Shown: in pieces, positions 1 to 8,018 of the stretch
Layout: each line of letters begins with the position of its first letter
How positions within the stretch are numbered: the first letter of the stretch is position 1
NCBI GenBank assembly: GCA_031273605.1
Contig: JAISRN010000179.1
Span: forward strand, 1-42,872
Source: Spirochaetales bacterium
Lineage (GTDB): Bacteria; Spirochaetota; Spirochaetia; UBA9216
Direction of reading: 5' to 3'
Length of the DNA: 42,872 nucleotides
Translations under genes and position numbers: made by a program
Notes under the pieces: model-generated
What the model was told of the DNA's origin: nothing
Seen by the model: only the letters and a program-made list of their open reading frames with translations
Databases searched by the model: none

Positions 1-152
1 GGCCGGGAAAATTCTTCCCGGGGAAGGCGGTTCAGCAGATCCTGAAAGCCCGTTCCGGGAGAAGGATTGGGGAAAATTCCCTGAAAAGCGCCTTCCCCCG
101 GGGAGGTTTGAACCCTGGGGGGAAAGCCTGATAGGAACAATTCTTGATACAA
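1..152 (-). CDS. 5' end of an ORF that runs off the window start; positional equivalent of the hook-length control gene (fliK/flbC) that follows flbB in spirochaete flgB operons
   Basis: Not in the ORF track (too short). Hand translation of the minus strand from TTG at 152-150 is stop-free to position 1 (LYQELFLSGFPPRVQTSPGEGAFQGIFPNPSPGTGFQDLLNRLPREEFSR). GGAGG lies about 6 nt upstream, inside the flbB 3' end. Function assigned by position only. Confidence 0.3.
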   Translation of the reverse strand, partial: MYQELFLSGFPPRVQTSPGEGAFQGIFPNPSPGTGFQDLLNRLPREEFSR

Positions 153-153
153 A

Positions 154-777
154 TTACGCCTCCGGTTTTTTGATCATCTTTCGACTCAGGTCCGCGGCCC
201 GTTCGGCGGACATTAAGGACAGCCAGTAGGAAACCACCGAGGTGGCGCCGGATTCCTGGGCTATGGTCTCGGTCATCCTGAGAATATCAATGACATCCTG
301 ATCGGCCATAGCCTGTAACCTCTCCACCGCCTGGGCCGGCTGCATACCCACATAGTACTGCGAAGCCTGTCTTAGGTTCCGTACTTTATCATCGTATTGA
401 TTCACCCGATCATTAAATGATTTTTCCCGGTCTTCCAGGGCGGTTTCCCGCTCCGCCAGGGCGGCCTGCCTTTCTTCCAGGGCGGTTTCCAGGTTCCCTA
501 TCCCCTGTTCCCGGCCGTTTAGTTCCTCCTCCCGCAGGGCAAGCTCCTCCCGAATCAGGGCGAGCCGTTGTTCATCCAGCAGAAAGGGGGAATCGGGATT
601 ACCCCCCGCATCGGGCCGCCTTAGCCTAAGCAGGGTCAGAATGGGGGTAACCACCTCCCGGGCGCTGATAAATCCCAAAAAGTCAAACCAGAGAAAACCC
701 CCAAAAATGAGGGCAATGATCAGGAGTACCAGCAAAATGATGGCAGGTCCGCCCCTCATCGCTTTTAACTGGGCCAT
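154..777 (-). CDS. flbB: FlbB-like flagellar protein (N-terminal TM anchor, coiled coil, MgtE_N/MotE-like C-terminal region); occupies the YlxF/FlbB slot after fliJ
   Basis: 207 aa. Hydrophobic N-terminus GGPAIILLVLLIIALIFGGFLWF, then an E/R/L-rich coiled coil, then a helical C-terminus. Strong RBS AGGAGGAAAGT before the ATG. Lies immediately after fliJ, as in Borrelia (BB0286 position). Confidence 0.55.
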   Translation of the reverse strand: MAQLKAMRGGPAIILLVLLIIALIFGGFLWFDFLGFISAREVVTPILTLLRLRRPDAGGNPDSPFLLDEQRLALIREELALREEELNGREQGIGNLETALEERQAALAERETALEDREKSFNDRVNQYDDKVRNLRQASQYYVGMQPAQAVERLQAMADQDVIDILRMTETIAQESGATSVVSYWLSLMSAERAADLSRKMIKKPEA

Positions 778-786
778 ACTTTCCTC

Positions 787-1296
787 CTAAGCCTGCCGGG
801 GAAGGCTGCTTTCCCCGGGGGATTCCGAAACCCCCTGAAAAACCTCCGCCCCCCGGCTTGACGAAAGGTTCCGGATAAAAAGACCGGAAGTGATGTCGAG
901 CCTTTCGGCTTCTTCCTTTTTATTTTGTTCTTTCCGGAATTCCTGTTCCCTTTTTTCCTTTAGTTTTTGAATGACCTTCCTGTCCCGGGAGGCCCGGATG
1001 TACTCCTCCTGGGCCGCCAGACGCTGGGGTTCCAAGTCCTCCCGTTCCTTCTGAAGCCGCCGGTTCTCCTCCTGCATCCGCTTGATGAACAATTCCGAGC
1101 CGGTCAGGTAATCGTAGGTTAAGAGGCCGGCGGACCGCTCTCCCAGAACCACCCGGCTTTTTTCGTCGTTTTCCTCCATGGCCGTCCTGAGACGGGAACA
1201 GCGGGAGGTGATCTCCCCCAGGCGAATCTTTTTTTCGTTTTCCCGGCGTTCCCGGAGTTTAAGAAGATTTTCCAGTTTAAAGTGAAACTTAGACAA
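787..1296 (-). CDS. fliJ: flagellar export chaperone FliJ
   Basis: 169 aa, highly charged all-coiled-coil protein directly after fliI. TTG start overlaps the fliI stop by 8 nt. Assignment rests on position plus composition. Confidence 0.7.
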   Translation of the reverse strand: MSKFHFKLENLLKLRERRENEKKIRLGEITSRCSRLRTAMEENDEKSRVVLGERSAGLLTYDYLTGSELFIKRMQEENRRLQKEREDLEPQRLAAQEEYIRASRDRKVIQKLKEKREQEFRKEQNKKEEAERLDITSGLFIRNLSSSRGAEVFQGVSESPGESSLPRQA

Positions 1297-2761
1297 CTAG
1301 GTTATGCTCCCTGCGTCCCTGGCTTTTGGCAACAGTCCGGCTTAGCTTGATAAGCCTGTCCCGGGTGTCCTCCCAGCCGGCGGCCTCCTCAACCTCCTGG
1401 GTTAAGAAATCATTTATCCCCTGCCACTTGGCCAGGGCCTCGTCAATGACCGGGTTGGAACCCGGCGCGTAGGCCCCCACATTGATCAGGTCCTCCGCCT
1501 CGTAGTAGGCGGCCCACAGGCGGCGCAGCCGGCCCATGGCCAGTTTTTCCTCCGGCAGGGCGATTTCTTTATCCAGCCGGGAGATGGAATCGTGGATGTC
1601 GATGGCCGGGTAATGATAGGCCGACGCCAGCCGCCGGCTTAACACAATGTGGCCGTCTAAAATGGCCCGGGTATTGCTGGCCACCGGTTCGTCCATGTCG
1701 TCTCCTTCCACCAAAATCGTAAAGAACCCGGTAATGCTTCCCCGGTCGCTGGTTCCCGCCCTCTCCAGGAGCTGCTGGAGTTTCTCAAAGACCGAAGGCG
1801 TAAAGCCCTTGGTTGCCGGGGGTTCCCCCAGGGCCAGGCCAATCTCCCGCTGGGCCTGGGCAAAGCGGGTAACCGAATCAAAAAAGAGCATCACATCCTT
1901 GCCCAGGTCGCGAAAGTATTCCGCCACCGCCATAGCGGTATAGGCCCCCCGGATCTTGGCCAGGGGGGGGCTGTCCGAGGTGGAAACCACCAGCACGGAA
2001 CGCTTCATTCCCCCGGAACCCAGATCGTTTTCGATAAATTCCCTCACTTCCCGGCCCCGCTCCCCGATAAGGGCAATGACGTTTACATCCGCCTGGGTGT
2101 TCCGGGCAATCATCCCCAAAAGGGTGGATTTGCCGATCCCCGGACCGGAGAAGATTCCCATCCGCTGGCCCTTGCCCATGGGCAGGAGGCCGTCAATGGC
2201 CCGCACCCCGGTAATCAGGCGATCCCGGATAGGGCGGCGGGTAAGAACGTGGGAGGGGTTGTTCTGAGCGGGATACCAGTCATCGGGGCCTATGGAACCC
2301 TTCCCGTCCATGGGGCTCCCCGAGGAATCCAGAACCCGTCCCAGGAGGCCCGGAGAAACGGGAATTGCCAGGGGGCCGCCCAAGGCCGTTACCCGGGCGC
2401 CGGGGCTGAGACCGTCTATGGTGGACAGGGGCATAAGCTGAATAAGGTGATCCTTAAAGCCCACCACCTCGGCCATAATCCGCCTTTCGCCCGCCGGGGG
2501 CTTTGTTTCCTTCCGCCTTAGATCCCGGCGGATATCGCTGACCTCCCCCGGAGCGGCTTTGCGATCCGGGTCTTCCGGCGGCTTTTCGGCGGGGCGGGAA
2601 AAGGCCAGGGCGTCGGAGATAACAATCCGGCAGCACTCCCCCAACTGGGCCTGGGGGCCCAGACTTTCGATCATCAGGCCCTGGACTTTTTGCACCGTGC
2701 CGCTTTTTTTTATCGGGCTTTCCCTCCGGAGAACCTTTTCGTACTTTGTTAACCAGTTCAT
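1289..2761 (-). CDS. fliI: flagellum-specific type III secretion ATPase FliI
   Basis: 490 aa. Walker A GPGIGKST, Walker B-like VMLFFDSVTRFA, conserved F1/FliI core. RBS GGGGAGGGGAG. Carries an unusual N-terminal domain insert (see findings). Confidence 0.97.
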   Translation of the reverse strand: MNWLTKYEKVLRRESPIKKSGTVQKVQGLMIESLGPQAQLGECCRIVISDALAFSRPAEKPPEDPDRKAAPGEVSDIRRDLRRKETKPPAGERRIMAEVVGFKDHLIQLMPLSTIDGLSPGARVTALGGPLAIPVSPGLLGRVLDSSGSPMDGKGSIGPDDWYPAQNNPSHVLTRRPIRDRLITGVRAIDGLLPMGKGQRMGIFSGPGIGKSTLLGMIARNTQADVNVIALIGERGREVREFIENDLGSGGMKRSVLVVSTSDSPPLAKIRGAYTAMAVAEYFRDLGKDVMLFFDSVTRFAQAQREIGLALGEPPATKGFTPSVFEKLQQLLERAGTSDRGSITGFFTILVEGDDMDEPVASNTRAILDGHIVLSRRLASAYHYPAIDIHDSISRLDKEIALPEEKLAMGRLRRLWAAYYEAEDLINVGAYAPGSNPVIDEALAKWQGINDFLTQEVEEAAGWEDTRDRLIKLSRTVAKSQGRREHNLVV

Positions 2762-2800
2762 ACTGCTCCCCTCCCCGGCAGCAAATGTCTGTTAAAAACC

Positions 2801-3709
2801 CTAATCTCCGCTGTCAATTTTGATAGGCGTAAGGTCCAGGATCTTTTCTTCGATCTCCTTAAACTGACTGGAGATTCTTGCATCGATTAAGCCGAAATCC
2901 GTCTCCACGATGCAGCCTCCCCGGTCTACCGAGCTGTCTTCCATAACCGTTATGGTCCGCACAGACTCCACCATTTTCATAAAATCATTAATATGGTCCG
3001 AGGTCATCTGAACATCCTCCAGGTTTACCCGGATGATCACGTCTCCCCGGCTTCGCAGTTTACGCAGAGCCTGAATGCAGTTATTGATTACCACATTCTT
3101 TTGATTTTCCGAGATCACCTTTACCACTTTTTTGGAAATCTGAAGCACCAGGTTGATAAGCTGAGTCTCCGTTTCGTCAATGATCTCCCGGCGTTTTTCA
3201 ATGGCGGCGGAAATAACCTTGTGAAACTGTTCGCTCAAGCGGGCCACTTCCTGCTGGCCGTCCTGCCAGCCCTCTTCCCGGCCCTGGGCAAGGCCCTTTT
3301 CGTAGGCTTCCCGGGTAACGGCGTCCACCTTGGCTTGGGCGGCGGCAATCATTTCCTCGGCCTTTCCCTCCGCCTCTTTGATGATCCTTTGGTGTTCCGT
3401 TTCCGCCTGCTGCCTGACCTTGTGGGACTCATCGGTAAGGCGCTTGACCTCCTCAAAGGCCCGCTGTTCCGCCTCTTTAAGGATCCGCTGCACCTCTTCG
3501 TTGGCCCGGTCTATCATACCGGCCTTTTCCGCTTCCCAGGAGGCGGTAAAAGCCTCCGCCTCCCTCCGCAGATCATCCGCGGTGGGGCCGGAGTATTCCT
3601 CCAGGGGTTCCACATCCACCGTGGTGGCCTCTTCCTCAAAGGGGGAATTCAGATACACCTTATTTTGAAGCATCTGAATTTCCTGGGGCCGGAATAAATT
3701 CTTTGCCAT
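2801..3709 (-). CDS. fliH: flagellar assembly protein FliH
   Basis: 302 aa. Long E/A/K/R-rich helical middle and a FliH/YscL-like C-terminal domain (VIIRVNLEDV...GGCIVETDFGLIDARI). Sits between fliG and fliI. Confidence 0.85.
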   Translation of the reverse strand: MAKNLFRPQEIQMLQNKVYLNSPFEEEATTVDVEPLEEYSGPTADDLRREAEAFTASWEAEKAGMIDRANEEVQRILKEAEQRAFEEVKRLTDESHKVRQQAETEHQRIIKEAEGKAEEMIAAAQAKVDAVTREAYEKGLAQGREEGWQDGQQEVARLSEQFHKVISAAIEKRREIIDETETQLINLVLQISKKVVKVISENQKNVVINNCIQALRKLRSRGDVIIRVNLEDVQMTSDHINDFMKMVESVRTITVMEDSSVDRGGCIVETDFGLIDARISSQFKEIEEKILDLTPIKIDSGD

Positions 3710-3742
3710 AACCGCCTGCCTTACCCTTGCTTTAACCTAGGG

Positions 3743-4810
3743 TTAAACCACCATCTCATCTTCACCGGACCTGGCCACCACAATTTCACCGGAATCCTCC
3801 AGTTTGCGGATGATGGAAACAATCTTCTGCTGGGTTTCTTCCACATCCTTAAGCCGGACCGGTCCCATGTATTCCATCTCTTCCTTGAGAAGGGCGGCGG
3901 CCCGTTTGGACATGTTCTTAAAGATCTTATCCTGCACTTCGGTTTCCACCCCCCGGAGGGCCTTGGCCAATTCCGCCTGATCCACCTCCCGCAAAACCTT
4001 TTGAATGGCCCGGTCATCCAGCAAAACAATGTCCTCAAACACAAACATCCGTTTTTTGATTTCCTCCGCCAGTTCCGGGTCCTCCTCTTCCAGGGATTCG
4101 ATAATGCCCTTTTCCGTGGAACGGTCCACCAGGTTGAGAATTTCCACGATGTTTTCCACCCCGCCGGCGGCGGTGTAGTCTTCCGAGGAAAGGGTGGAGA
4201 GTTTCTTTTCCAAAACCCGCTCCACCTCCCGGAGAACCTCCGGAGAGGTCCGGTCCATGGTGGCTATTCTCTTGGCCACATCGCTTTGAATCTCGTGGGG
4301 AAGGGCCCCCAGAATAACCGACGCCTTTTGGGGTTCCAAATAAGCCAGGATGAGGGCTATGGTTTGGGGATGCTCCTGCTGAATAAAGTTTAACAGATGG
4401 GCCGGATCGGTCCGGCGGATAAAATCAAAGGGCCGGACCTGGAGAGAGCTGGTGAGCCGGTTGATAATGTCCACGGCCTTTTGGGAACCTAAGGATTTTT
4501 CCAAAAGCTCCCGGGCATAATCGATGCCCCCGGAGGTAATAAAATCCTGGGCCATCATGAGTTCCTTGAACTCCATGAGGACCTTGTCCCTTTCCTCGGA
4601 CTCAACGTTATCCAGCCTGGCAATTTCAAAGATCAGGGCTTCGATTTCATCTTCCCTTAGATGCTTAAAAATTTCGGCGGAGATCTCGGAACCTAGGGTT
4701 ACCAGGAAAATGGCGGCCTTCTGGCGTCCGGTGAGTTCCTTTCGGGAAGTTTTTTTTCCGCCGTGCCCGCCCCCCTGGGCGGCCGCTCCGGCTTCGGCTT
4801 TCTTTGCCAT
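3743..4810 (-). CDS. fliG: flagellar motor switch protein FliG
   Basis: 355 aa. GRQKAAIFLVTLG start of the FliG_N domain, MFVFEDI motif, charged C-terminal torque helix region. RBS GGAGGAG. Confidence 0.95.
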   Translation of the reverse strand: MAKKAEAGAAAQGGGHGGKKTSRKELTGRQKAAIFLVTLGSEISAEIFKHLREDEIEALIFEIARLDNVESEERDKVLMEFKELMMAQDFITSGGIDYARELLEKSLGSQKAVDIINRLTSSLQVRPFDFIRRTDPAHLLNFIQQEHPQTIALILAYLEPQKASVILGALPHEIQSDVAKRIATMDRTSPEVLREVERVLEKKLSTLSSEDYTAAGGVENIVEILNLVDRSTEKGIIESLEEEDPELAEEIKKRMFVFEDIVLLDDRAIQKVLREVDQAELAKALRGVETEVQDKIFKNMSKRAAALLKEEMEYMGPVRLKDVEETQQKIVSIIRKLEDSGEIVVARSGEDEMVV

Positions 4811-4811
4811 T

Positions 4812-6521
4812 TTACTCCTCCGCTAACCATGTTCTAATGAGCATGGCCACGTCCTCAGGATGTTCCCTGGCCATGTTCTTAGCGGCTTCCTGCATCTCCA
4901 TCCTGGCCTTTTCTTCGACGGAGATATTAATATCGACGCTTTCCTCTTCGGCCTGCCGCAGCGCCGCTTCCCGCATGGCCGCATGCTGCCGGGCAAGTTC
5001 CTCTTCCCGCAGCCGCTTGCGCCGCTCCTGCTCTTTTATGATGAGCCTGACCGCCACGGCAATAATGCCAATGGCTAAAAGCCCCAGGGCGGAGTAAAGG
5101 GCAATCCGGGCGGTCCGCTGGCGGTTGCGGAAGATCTGGTCTTCCTGCTCAAACTGCAGGCGGCGGTCAAAACTCATGTGCCTGATTTCCACGGAGTCGC
5201 CCCGGTTGCTATCGTAACCAATGGAGGATTCCACCACCCGCCGGGCGTTCAGGAGCTCCTCATCGCTTACCGGAACGTATTCCCGCACAATGCTGCCGGT
5301 GGGAGAAAGTTCTTTCTGCCCTTTTTCAGTATACACATGGTTCCAAACCCCGTCCACCGCGATACCGATGGTTATTTTTTTAATTTCCCAGGGGCGCTTT
5401 TGTTCGGTGCGGTTTTCCTGGTTGACTTCGAAATTGTCTATTACCGAAGTATTATCGTAGGTACCGGCAATGTTATCCTGGTCCAGGTATCCCGGAGGAA
5501 TCTGCCCTTCCATTCCCGGAGGGCCCTGGGGATGGAACCCCGTTCCCCGGTAATGCTCGTCGGCCCGGTTCTGGGAACGCAGCACGTTGTTGATGGTTTC
5601 GGTTTCGTCATAGGGGGTGTCGGGGTTGTCCTTCCGGATACTGATGGGGAAAAACTCCGTGGTGGCGCTGGATCGCTGGCTGTGATCCAGGTCCACATCA
5701 ACCCGGATAAGCCTCACCCGGTCGGCGGTAAAAATTCCGGCCAGCCCTTCTAAAATTTCCCTTTTAAGCTGGGCCTCCAATTCCCGCTTTTGCTTGAGCT
5801 GTTTTGCCGCCAGACTCACCTGGGTAAAATCTTCCATGCCGTCCAAATTGTTGATATGGTTGCTGTAGTTGTCAAGAATAACAATGTTGGTATTTTGCAG
5901 CCCCTGTACCGCAAACTGAACCAGCCGTTCCACCCCCTGGATCTTTTGGGGATTGGTGGTTATGTCCGAGCCCGGCCGGGGAGTGAGAATAATGGACACG
6001 CTTACCGGGTCCTGGTCCTCGGTAAAGAGGGCCTTTTCCGGCATCACCAGGGTTACCTGGGCGGAATCCACATCCTCCAGGGCTTCGATATGCTGCTTTA
6101 GGTTTCGGGTTAGGGCCTGCCTAAGCTGAATGTCCCTTTCAAAATCCGTTATTGTCCAGCGGTCCATTTTAAAAATATCCCAGGGACTGGTTCCCGTGGG
6201 AATCAGATCCTCCCGAACCAGGAGAGCTATCATCCGCTGGGAGGTAAGCCGGTCGGAAACTAAAATTCTGCCGTCTGAGGTAACCTGATGCTCCACCTTT
6301 TCCTGATCCAGGCGGAAAGAAATTTTGCTCAAGGCTTCGGGGTCGGAAATGGGGGAAGACAAAAGGGCCACCATGTTCGGCGTGCTGGAAAAAACGGACA
6401 GCAAAACGATTCCCCCTATGACGGCGGCAACAACGGCAAAGAAAATGATCTTTTGCATTAAAGACCATTTTCCCCAAAGGGTTTTTATCTTTTCAATGAT
6501 TTTTTTGATAAAATTGTTCAT
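4812..6521 (-). CDS. fliF: flagellar MS-ring protein FliF
   Basis: 569 aa. N-terminal TM (IIFFAVVAAVIGGIVLL), large periplasmic YscJ/FliF region, second TM (ALYSALGLLAIGIIAVAV), charged C-terminal tail. RBS GGGAGGGGG. Confidence 0.95.
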   Translation of the reverse strand: MNNFIKKIIEKIKTLWGKWSLMQKIIFFAVVAAVIGGIVLLSVFSSTPNMVALLSSPISDPEALSKISFRLDQEKVEHQVTSDGRILVSDRLTSQRMIALLVREDLIPTGTSPWDIFKMDRWTITDFERDIQLRQALTRNLKQHIEALEDVDSAQVTLVMPEKALFTEDQDPVSVSIILTPRPGSDITTNPQKIQGVERLVQFAVQGLQNTNIVILDNYSNHINNLDGMEDFTQVSLAAKQLKQKRELEAQLKREILEGLAGIFTADRVRLIRVDVDLDHSQRSSATTEFFPISIRKDNPDTPYDETETINNVLRSQNRADEHYRGTGFHPQGPPGMEGQIPPGYLDQDNIAGTYDNTSVIDNFEVNQENRTEQKRPWEIKKITIGIAVDGVWNHVYTEKGQKELSPTGSIVREYVPVSDEELLNARRVVESSIGYDSNRGDSVEIRHMSFDRRLQFEQEDQIFRNRQRTARIALYSALGLLAIGIIAVAVRLIIKEQERRKRLREEELARQHAAMREAALRQAEEESVDINISVEEKARMEMQEAAKNMAREHPEDVAMLIRTWLAEE

Positions 6522-6654
6522 AGCCCCCTCCCAAGTGCGTGAACTAACGGGTTTTAAGAAAAAGACAGCTTTTAAGGCCGCTTTAAAGTAATGGCTTTTA
6601 AAACTTCCCCATTCTGAGGCAGTTTCAAAATAACCGATTTTGGAACCGGCTCAT

Positions 6655-7008
6655 CTATCGCAAATTGATAATTTCCCGGTAGGCCGACAGGGCCCGATCC
6701 GCCACAGCCTTGGTAACTTCCAGGGCCATGGTCGCCTGCCGTATGCTGATTACCACGTCATTAATATCCTTAACGCTGTCGGGATCCACCATAGCCTGGG
6801 TAGTAAGCCTCTGGCTCTCCTGGTAAATATCGTTTACCCGGCCCACCGTTCCGGCGAGCCCCTGGGAAAGCAAAGCGGCAAAACTCCTTTCCGGCGGCGG
6901 GGCATTCGGATCCGCCCCCATAACCCCCTGCTGGTTAAAGTGCCTGGCATTGGTTCTAACCAGGATAAGGAGATCCCCCTGGGCCTCCTGAACCGGTAAC
7001 AGATTCAT
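6655..7008 (-). CDS. fliE: flagellar hook-basal body complex protein FliE
   Basis: 117 aa. Conserved C-terminus (EVTKAVADRALSAYREIINLR). Start ATG overlaps the flgC stop (TAATG). Confidence 0.9.
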   Translation of the reverse strand: MNLLPVQEAQGDLLILVRTNARHFNQQGVMGADPNAPPPERSFAALLSQGLAGTVGRVNDIYQESQRLTTQAMVDPDSVKDINDVVISIRQATMALEVTKAVADRALSAYREIINLR

Positions 7009-7472
7009 TATCTACCTCCCAGTATATTTAATGATCGTCCGAACATTTCGGTAAAGCCCTGAATCACCGTCAGATTAGCCTCGTAAGACCGGCTGGCGGC
7101 AATCATATCCACCATCTCATTTAAAATGTTGACATTGCCATAATCCACGTATCCTTCCCACTCCCCCGATTTAATGGCGTCCGGGTGGGTAGGCTCGTAA
7201 ACCATCCGGGGTTTGGTGGAGATATCCTTTTCTATCGCGGCAACCCGGACCCCCTCTCCCACGCCGTTATCCAGCCGTTTGGGAATGAAGGGCCCCCGCC
7301 AGTAAGGCTGATCAACCCGGGGACGCATGATCACCCGGCTCCGCCGGTAAGGGCCGCCCTCGGGGGTCCGGGTGGTCTCGGCGTTGGAAATATTGTCGGA
7401 AATAACGTCCAGCCGGAGCCGTTGGGCGGTAAGCCCGGAGGCGGCGGTGTTCATGGTTCTAAAAATTCCCAT
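7008..7472 (-). CDS. flgC: flagellar basal-body rod protein FlgC
   Basis: 154 aa. Rod N-terminal motif LRLDVISDNISNAETTRT and C-terminal SRSYEANL. RBS AAAGGAGAG. Confidence 0.95.
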   Translation of the reverse strand: MGIFRTMNTAASGLTAQRLRLDVISDNISNAETTRTPEGGPYRRSRVIMRPRVDQPYWRGPFIPKRLDNGVGEGVRVAAIEKDISTKPRMVYEPTHPDAIKSGEWEGYVDYGNVNILNEMVDMIAASRSYEANLTVIQGFTEMFGRSLNILGGR

Positions 7473-7499
7473 TTTTTAAGGCTCTCCTTTGCCTAAAGG

Positions 7500-7916
7500 C
7501 TATCTCAACACCAGGCTTATCCGGTCAAAGTGGCTGGCAATGGCCGCGGTTAACAGGTTGTTGGTCATCTGGGTCCGCAAAAATTCCATGGTTTCCACTT
7601 CAACATCCACATTGTTGCCGTTATTGTCCATGGTGCTCAGGTGCTCCAAATTGCGGATGGGCTTAACCTCCCGCCAATCCATGGGCCGGTCAAAGGGAAT
7701 GTGCCGGGGGTTGGTGAGGGCCGCGGGGGTGGAAGGCAGCTTTTCCGATTCCAGGGCCCGGCGCAGTTGGGACTCAAAACTTAAGGTAGTCCTTTTAAAG
7801 TTTGGATCATCGGCATTGCTCAAATTGTTGGAAATGATGTCCGCCCGGAGGCTTCCCGCGTTTAAGACCCGGTTCATCACTTCCAGATGTTTTCCGAATT
7901 CCGTTCTTTCAAACAT
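7500..7916 (-). CDS. flgB: flagellar basal-body rod protein FlgB (start moved to the internal ATG)
   Basis: Rod motif LRADIISNNLSNADDPNFKR. The ORF track starts at a TTG (7994) with no SD. The ATG at 7916 is preceded by GGGGGGAAAGAGA and gives a typical ~138-aa FlgB. Confidence 0.9.
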   Translation of the reverse strand: MFERTEFGKHLEVMNRVLNAGSLRADIISNNLSNADDPNFKRTTLSFESQLRRALESEKLPSTPAALTNPRHIPFDRPMDWREVKPIRNLEHLSTMDNNGNNVDVEVETMEFLRTQMTNNLLTAAIASHFDRISLVLR

Positions 7917-7930
7917 TCTCTTTCCCCCCG

Positions 7931-7950
7931 CCGGTTTTCCGAAAAACCGG
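7931..7950 (-). promoter_or_regulatory. perfect 8-bp stem-loop in the flgB leader, immediately 5' of the RBS
   Basis: Minus strand reads CCGGUUUU-UCGG-AAAACCGG, followed by CGGGGGGAAAGAGA-AUG (flgB). Confidence 0.4.
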
Positions 7951-7962
7951 CCTATGCTTAGA

Positions 7963-7989
7963 TCTTCGGCCTTTTTTAAGGCCGCCTTA
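7963..7989 (-). promoter_or_regulatory. weak sigma28-like promoter candidate for the flgB operon
   Basis: Minus strand reads TAAG-N15-GCCGAAGA versus the sigma28/sigmaD consensus TAAA-N15-GCCGATAA (3/4 and 6/8 matches). Lies between the hslU stop and the leader hairpin. Confidence 0.2.
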
Positions 7990-8018
7990 GCCAAATCATT
8001 CGATAATGCCTTATTCCC

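Noticed and set aside
3721-4044. 107-aa minus-strand ORF overlapping the fliG 3' region in another frame, and similar nested same-strand ORFs (for example 1657-1881, 10209-10643, 13607-13962)
   Set aside because: Trp/Arg/Pro-rich out-of-frame translations nested inside strongly supported genes.
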